Positions 57,160 through 64,000 of a stretch of 64,000 bases of DNA are shown here, piece by piece. The DNA is from the human T2T-CHM13v2.0 reference genome, Homo sapiens, in NCBI RefSeq assembly GCF_009914755.1, contig NC_060941.1; one strand, given 5' to 3'. Made by a program: the position numbers and the translations under genes. Each line of letters starts with the position of its first letter. Position 1 is the first letter of the stretch. Below the pieces are notes generated by a model that did no database searches, was not told the origin of the DNA, and worked only from the letters and a program-made list of their open reading frames with translations.

Positions 57160-57390
57160 GTCTTCCTGCTCTGCCGTTGCCAGGTTCTGTAACTGTGGGC
57201 AAGTCGGTTGCCCCCGCTAAGGATAAACTTTCCAATCTGTAAAATGGGATGATGATGATGATGATGATGACGATGATGACGTCATTTCTAGTTCCTATCT
57301 CACAGGGCTGATGTAAGGATTAAATGAGAGAAAGCATGCAAAGCATTTAGGACAGGGATATGATATGTTCAGTATGCACCGGCCCTTATT
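57160..57390 (+). mobile_element. MIR with internal (GAT)n expansion
   Basis: atctgtaaaatgggatgatgatg...cacagggctgatgtaaggattaaatgag. Confidence 0.8.
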
Positions 57391-58149
57391 TCTAGCAGAG
57401 GAGTTCGGGATATCATATATTCACTCACAAACATATATTAAGCACCTCCTAACAATGCACTAGGAACTGTGCCAGGTGCTAGGGCTACAAAGAAGAATGA
57501 GACAGTAGCCAGGCTTTCAAAAAGCTCATCCTCCAGAGAAAGGGACAGTGGGGGAGGCAGGCTGCCAGGACAGTAGGAGTCTTGAGTCCTTGCAAAAAGA
57601 ATCGGAGAGGGTGCCTTGGAGGAGGGTGACGGGAATGCAGGAATGGGGTGAGGGTGTTTCCCACATGTACAAAGCAACGGCAAGCAGGCAGCTTCAGGGC
57701 TTCCTATCTGCCAAGTGGGTAGGATTGGGGATGGGCCTTGATGACCACACACAGTTGATTCCAGGGACACTCAGTTCGAGATTCCAGGCAGGTAGCTCTG
57801 ATGTTGTGAAGTCTGCCTCCAAGTCCTGAAGTTCTCTTTACCTCCAGACTCAGCTTGAGACAAGAGAATAAGTACTGAACATTGAAGTAGAAATCCAAGT
57901 GGGTTTTTCTTTTCTTTTTTTGTGCCCTGTTATTTGCCTGTTAGCTAGACTGAGGATAAAACTGAATTTATGTCTCACCAAGGAGGCACAGGAAAGTGAA
58001 GAGAGAGAGAGATTATACAGGGTTTTTTTTTTTTTCCTTCAAAGTGTCTCCTCTGCAGACGCCTGGTGCAGCTCTGTCTCCGGGGAGCGGTTCACCCTCC
58101 AGAAAATATGACACTTTATTTCCTGCCCTTGTTTGCTAACACACCCCAT

Positions 58150-58720
58150 TACCATCCATCTCAGTTTCATGTAACTGCCAACCGGCATTAACGCCCTCCT
58201 CCTCGCCGAGGCAGAAAATAGAAAAGGAAGAATTCAGCAGATTTTCCCCGGTGGCCCCCTCGGCGGCACCAAGATAACCAGCGCAGAAACCACAATTGGA
58301 TCCTTATTCCTCCAGCCCAGGAATGCGAAGGACGGGACGGTTTAACCGCCTTCTGCATTTTCCTGCAAAGAGAGCCGGCTTGTTATTTCGGTTGTCTGGG
58401 CTCCCTTCTTTACTACGGAGAAAGATACATTAATTAATTTTTTTTTTTAATGTTAGGCAGGAAATGTTGCAAACTGTCAAGAGCTGTCAGCGGGCGCCTG
58501 CCCCAATCAGGTAAGCGGCGCGCGGGCGCCTGCGGCGGAGACACACTGACCCCTAGTGGCCGACCGGGCCCTCGCAGCCCCCGCGCCCGCCCTCGCTCCG
58601 GGCGGCCAGAGTCGCAGTCAAGTCGCTCTTTGCACAGAGCAGCTCTGTGTGGACTGGCGGGGGTGTGGCCGGTGCTGTGTCTCCACCGCCCGCCCCAACG
58701 CAAGCACGCGCGCACATACA
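58150..58720. promoter_or_regulatory. CpG island (candidate promoter/enhancer)
   Basis: The only non-repeat CpG-dense stretch in the window (gcggcgcgcgggcgcc, ccccgcgcccgccctcgc); GC boxes; repeat-free from about 57.9 to 58.9 kb. Confidence 0.8.
58544..58562 (-). promoter_or_regulatory. Candidate CTCF site
   Basis: Minus strand CGGCCACTAGGGGTCAGTG, one mismatch to CCASYAGRKGGCRS. Confidence 0.5.
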
Positions 58721-58959
58721 CCCCATGTCCATTTGCTCTTCCAAACCAGAGAAGCAATTTCTGCTCTCCTTGTCCAATTCCAGAGAACACAGATGCCTGA
58801 GAACCTTAAGCAGTGTGCCTCTGTGCTGTTGCTCAGGCATGTGCCTCTGCTCTTGAGGAGTGACGGGAAAGACAGACAGGGTCCCAGTGTGACACAGGGC
58901 TGAGAGGAAGGAAGGGGGTGGCGTTTGTGGAGACTCCCAGTACCAGACACTGTGCACAC

Positions 58960-59300
58960 GGTTATCCCTTGGAGCCTGATGATAGCCCCAGATTTGGAAA
59001 CTGAGGCCCCAGCTGTCACATGGCTTGTCCAGGTCACAAAGCTGATGTTTTTATTCATTTGTGTTGATTTTAATAAACAAATGTTTACATAGCTCTTGTC
59101 TGCCAGGCTTTCTTCTAGTGCTTTACCTATATTAAAATTACCTGTGTGGAATCCTCATCACAACCCTGTAAGTACTACTATTGCCTCCATTTCCCAGATT
59201 AGAAAACCGAGGCACACAGAGAGGTTAAGTAACTAGTGAGCGTGAGTCTAGTGTTTAATCTAGGCAGCCTGGCTTCAGAGTGCTCTCAGCCACTGCACTG
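58960..59300 (-). mobile_element. MIR elements
   Basis: ccatttcccagattagaaaaccgaggcacacagagaggttaagtaact. Confidence 0.75.
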
Positions 59301-59829
59301 GGCTGTGTGTGTATGTGTGTGTGTGTACCCCATGGATACTAGTTAAAAGGAGACCAGGATTCTAGTCTGCACATCACGGGCTCAAAAACCCAAGCTGTTC
59401 TGCGTGTACCTCCTTTGTTCCCTAAGGATGAAGTGCTACAGCAATGCAGGACAGGCGGCAGTAATTCTGGCGGTCGCAAAAGGAAGGCAACTTGTGGAAG
59501 AGGTGTCTGATGAACTCCTTGAAGACATAGACCGTGTCATCACCTTCAGAGCCTCATTCGCGCCTGGCGCACAGTGGGTGCTTAATAAAAGCTGAACTGG
59601 ACTGGACCTTGAGGGAAGGTCCAAGGAAGGTGTGAAGGCAGGAGGGAGGCTAAGCAAGTTGCAAGAACCACAACACTGCCGTAGAGAAACACAGGTCCCC
59701 TAGCACTCCGTGAAAACACATTTTCAGACACACCCACACTGCATATTCTCTTTTTGGCCAGGACGAGGGGATGAGCTAACTGCAACTGAGCAGCTCCTAC
59801 TCCACAGTGATGCGATTAATGCCACCTAA

Positions 59830-60600
59830 AATGTGTGTCCCCACTTTAGTTTTTCTTATTTGCATTTCACAGTAGCCCCATGAAGTAGGTATAACCAGCC
59901 TCTATTTTAACATGAGAAGATGGAGGCCTTTTCCAAATGGACTAAGTAATGTGTCTCAGGTTTTCCTAATAAGCAAAGACCTGCAACCCTGGCTTCCTGA
60001 CTCCAAAGCTTATCCCTTCTCATGCTGTTGCTGTCAGCCAGGACCCCATGCGCAGAAAGCCCAGCCTCTCCATCCCCCACCCAAGCAGCTCTGGCCTTCT
60101 CTCAAGCAGCCCCTTGAACTGGCCAGGCTTGTTCCTGCCTAAGACCTTTCCCTGAGCCATTCCCTCAGCCTGAAATGCCCTTCCTGTACGTGGGTCTTCA
60201 CACAGTCGGCTCCTTCCTGTCATTCCGGTGTCAGCTCAAATGTCACCTCCTCCAAAAAGCCTTCCTTGTCCACCCAACCTAAAATAGCCTTCCAGTCACT
60301 CTGTTGCATCACGGTTTTATATATTTCCCAGCAGGTATTAATCTCCGGTAATTTCTTATTCAGTTACTATTGTTAGACTCATCTCATGTATAATAAGGGG
60401 TATCAATTACAGAGTGCAAACCGATAATGTCCTAAGCAAAGTTCCAAAAGCTTTACTCACAGTGAGCCATGAAATTTTCACAACCACCCTTTACTGTGGA
60501 TGCTGTCCTTAACCCTCATTTTACAGAAGAGGGAACTGAGGCAGGAAAGGTTCAGTAACCTGTCCAAGATTTCACCCTGAGTAAGCTGTGCTCTAGTCAC
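59830..60600. mobile_element. MIR / L2 / MIR fragments
   Basis: cagctcaaatgtcacctcctccaaaaagccttcc (L2); cattttacagaagagggaactgaggc (MIR). Confidence 0.7.
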
Positions 60601-60619
60601 TACAAAAACATCAGCAGAA

Positions 60620-61810
60620 TTTGTAAATGGATAAAGGACTTAAATAGACATTTCTCCAAAGAAAATATGCAAATGGCCAATGAGCACATGAAAAGATGCT
60701 GACATTATTAGTTGTTAGGGGAATGCAAATCAAAACCACAGTAAGCTACCACTTCACACCCATATGGCTTAATTTTTAATTTAAAAAAAGGGGGTGGCAG
60801 GGGGAAATAAGTTGTTGACAAGGGCATAGAGAAATTGTAACACTTGTACCTTGCTAATGGGAATGTAAAATGGGGCAGCCACTGTGGAAAATAGTTTGTT
60901 GTTTCCTCAAAAGTTAAACAGAGAATTACCATTCGATCCAGCAATTCTACTCCAAGGTATATACCCTAAGGAATTGCAAACAGGTTCTCAAACAAAAACC
61001 TGTACAAGAATGTTCATAGCAGCATGGCTCACAATAGCTAAAAGGTGGAAGCAACCCAAATGTCTATCAACTGAAGAGTGGATAAATAAAATGTGGTATA
61101 ACCATACAATGGAATATTATTCAGTCCTAGAAAGGAATGAAGTGCTGATACATGCTACAACATTGCTGACCTTAAGAACATGTGCTGAGTAAAAGAAGTC
61201 AGATACAAAAGGCCACATATTGTATGATTCAACTTATGTGAAATACCCCAAATAGGCAAATGCATAAGGATAGAAAGTAGATTGGTGGTTGCCAGGGGCT
61301 GGAAGGAGGGAGAAATGGGGAGTGACTGCCTAATGAGTAAGGGGTTTCATTTAGGGGTAGCAAAATGTTCTGGGATAGGCAAGGCGCAGTGACTCACGCC
61401 TATAATCCCCGCACTTTGGGAGGCCGAGGCGGGTGGATCACCTGAGCTCAGGAGTTCAGGACCAGCCTGGCCAACACGGTGAAACACCGTCTCTACTACA
61501 AATACAAAAATTAGCTGGGCACGGTGGCATGCGCCCATAGTCCCAGCTACTCTACTCAGGAGACTGAGGCAGAGAATTGCTTAAACCCAGGAGGCGAAGG
61601 TTGCAGTGAGCTGAGATCATGCCACTGCACTTCAGCCTGAGAGACAGAGCAAGACTCTGTCTCAAAAAACAAAAAAAAAAAAACAAAAAAAAAGTTCTGG
61701 GATAAATGGTGGTGATGGTTGTGCAACATTGCAAATGTACTAAACACCACTGAATCGTATACTTTAAAATGGTTAAAATGGTTAATTTTATGTTATATGA
61801 ATTTTACAAC
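60620..61810 (+). mobile_element. L1MB-type 3' end (ORF2 C-terminus relic plus 3' UTR) split by an Alu
   Basis: Relic translation ELPFDPAILLQGIYPKE..MFIAA..WKQPKC..WINKMWY; L1M 3' UTR. Confidence 0.9.
61378..61693 (+). mobile_element. AluS (Sx/Sz-like)
   Basis: Dimeric Alu; TSD gttctgggata at 61367-61377 and 61694-61704. Confidence 0.95.
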
Positions 61811-61972
61811 CTTTTTTTTTAAATCAGCCTTGTCTGTCTGGTTCATCACTGCACTCCTAGAGCCTAGAGCAGTACAAGGTACACAGTAGGTCTCAGAATA
61901 TATTTTTTATTTTTTAGAGAAATGAGTAAAGGGGAAGAGAACCCAGGTCTCCCAGGTCTCAGTCTCAGGTTC

Positions 61973-62660
61973 CTTTTGTTTTTAATTTTTATTTTTAAGT
62001 TCTGGGGTACATGTGCAGGATGTACAGGTTTGTTACATAGGTAAACGTGTGCCATGGTGGTTTGATGCACCTATCAACCCATCACCTGGGTATTAAGCCC
62101 AGCATGCTTTAGCTATTTTTCTTAATGCTCTTCCTCCCCCATCCCACCCCCTGACAGGCCCCAGTGTGTGTTGCTCCCTTCCCTGTGTCCATGCGTTCTC
62201 ATTGTTCAGCTCCCACTTGTAAGTGAGAATATGTGGTGTTTGGTTTTCTGCTCCTGCATTAGTTTGCTAAGGATAATAGCTTCCAGCTCCATCCATGTTC
62301 CTGCAAAGGACATGATCTTGTTCCTTTTTATGGCTGCATAGTATTTCATGGTGTATATGTAGCACATTTTCTTTATCAAGTCTATCATTGATGGGCATTT
62401 TGGTTGATTCCACGTCTTTGCTATTGCGAATAGCGCTGCAATGAACATACGAGTCCATGTATCTTTATGATAGAATTATTTATATTTTGGGGGGTATGTA
62501 CCCAGTAATGGGATTGCTGGGTCAAATGGTATTTCTGGTTCTAGATCTTTGAGGAATTGCCACACTGTCTTCCACAATGGTTGAACTAATTTACACTCCC
62601 ACCAACAGTGTAAAAGCGTTCCTATTTCTCCACAACCTCAATAGCATCTGTTGTTTCTTG
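61973..62660 (-). mobile_element. 5'-truncated L1PA (about L1PA8-L1PA11)
   Basis: Relic MFIAALFAIAKTWNQPKCPS..AGTWMELEAIILSKL; degenerate TSD tcag(t/c)ct(c/g)aggttc. Confidence 0.9.
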
Positions 62661-62705
62661 TCAGCCTGAGGTTCTTTCCACACATGAAGCTTCAGGAAGC
62701 TCTAT

Positions 62706-63447
62706 GCTGGTGGTTCCCAAACTCCAGCATGCATCAGAATCACCAGGAGGGCTTATGAAAATCCAGATGGCTGGGCCTCAGCCCCAGAGTTTCTGATTCA
62801 GAAGTGTCACAGACATCCGAACCAGGGTAACTCCATCTTGAATAAGAATTGAAGAAAGTCAGACCTGCTGGGTTACAATCCCAGGAGGCTATGCACTCCT
62901 AGTCACAAGATGTTTATGGCTGAGGGAACAGATTAATGATGCTTACTAATGGAACAGGACTCAGAACTTAAGGAAATCTCCTGATGTCCCAATATCTTAA
63001 GAACAAAAAGCATTCTTAGTTTAAGAATAGGTTTTGCTTTAGAGATAATAGTAGGTTCATAAATTTTTGCAAAAATCAATAGTTACACAAGAGAATAACA
63101 ATACTAACAGCCTGTCACAAGCTTGTCATGAGCCTTTGTAGTAAAGCACATAAGGCCATTATTTTCAGCTCTGTTATCCTATACAAGCAAGCACTGTATT
63201 TGAGGTAGGGGCGTTCCTTCTCTTGCTTTTGGAGGACAGCCTACTCTGAAATAGAGCAGTCTTTAATAAGCTATCTTCACTACACTGCACTCTGCAACTT
63301 GCTGTAAATTCTTTCTTGCATGAGATCCAAGAACCCACTCTTGGGGTCTGGGTCGAGACTCCTTTCTGGTAACAGAAGATCTGAGTTGGGCCTGAGAGTT
63401 TGCATGTCTAACAGGTTGTCTGGGGGACACACTTTGAGAACAGAAGC
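62706..63447. mobile_element. MER5A split by a MER41 LTR
   Basis: gtggttcccaaactccagcatgcatcagaatcacc..ccccagagtttctgattcag[LTR]..gcctgagagtttgcatgtctaaca. Confidence 0.8.
62805..63374 (+). mobile_element. MER41C/D-type ERV1 solo LTR
   Basis: tgtca..gaaccag..actccatcttgaata..ccaagaacccactcttggggtctgg..ggtaaca; perfect 4-bp TSD gaag. Confidence 0.85.
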
Positions 63448-63699
63448 TGTAGCTACTCATTAAACCACAAGAGAAGACAAGACACATATTGACATGACCT
63501 GGATGGAGGAAAAGCAGGGCCCACATGTAATTAGAAAGAGAAAGAGAGATTTCAACCACCTGAAAACTGAACCTCACAAGAAATAACTTGTCGATTTTAA
63601 TCAATTGAAGAACCTCTGAAGCAGGAGCTTATTTGCTCTCCGGTGAGTTTACAGGTTTTGGGGGAGGGTAACTTGGCTGTATGACACTTGCTGGATCGT

Positions 63700-64000
63700 G
63701 GGAGTAGAGTCATGTTCTGATTTGAAATCAGAGAACTCACTGTGGCTTCCTGCCTCCACGCCCATCTGTTTCCCTGTATCATTGGGATAACATCCAAATT
63801 CCTTACAAAGGTCTGTGAGGCCCATAAACCTGGCCCCTGCCTGCCTCCCAGGCTCATTGCAGACACTGTCCCCTCACTCTTTAGGGAAGGCCACGGTGAC
63901 CTTCTGGAAGCTCCTAGGACAAACCTGCTCCTTCCCCACCTCAGGGTCTTTGCACTTGCTGCTGCCTCTGCCTGCAACAACTCTCTCCACCTCCATCCTG
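63700..64000 (+). mobile_element. L2 fragment
   Basis: ctggcccctgcctgcctc..cctcagggtctttgcacttgctgctgcctctgcctg. Confidence 0.8.

Noticed and set aside
58434-59058. Several 110-146-aa ORFs over the CpG island
   Set aside because: Expected from stop-codon scarcity in GC-rich DNA; Arg/Pro/Gly-rich with no domain
60884-62458. ORFs similar to the L1 ORF2 C-terminus
   Set aside because: Short decayed pieces of truncated L1 copies; non-functional

Overview
This is repeat-dense, apparently non-coding primate DNA. AluY/AluS/AluJ, L1PA4/5-type, THE1 and MER41/MER51 elements point to a catarrhine, probably human, origin; I cannot name the locus. No credible protein-coding gene, tRNA, rRNA or CRISPR array is visible, and the listed ORFs fall in repeats or look random. 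Main contents: 13 dimeric Alus plus one monomer; many MIR and L2 relics; L1 fragments; MaLR/ERV LTRs, including a near-complete THE1A with a truncated 3' LTR; several DNA-transposon fossils; two large minisatellites (35/36-bp unit at 10.4-12.0 kb, 28-bp unit at 21.6-22.3 kb); and a CpG island at about 58.15-58.72 kb. The most interesting signals: (1) six perfect CArG (SRF) boxes in the ~8 kb upstream of the CpG island, one nearly identical to the c-fos serum response element; (2) a minisatellite whose CCGTATACGG core becomes a perfect CArG box by CpG deamination, with intermediates visible; (3) a palindrome-rich minisatellite that appears to be born from an L2 segment and was duplicated together with its flank; (4) a duplicated module ending in a MEF2 site; (5) a possible 54-nt exon and a CTCF site in the CpG island. 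Repeat subfamily calls come from recalled consensus sequences, and boundaries of old elements are approximate. None of this demonstrates a new biological system; the SRF/MEF2 theme is a testable hypothesis.
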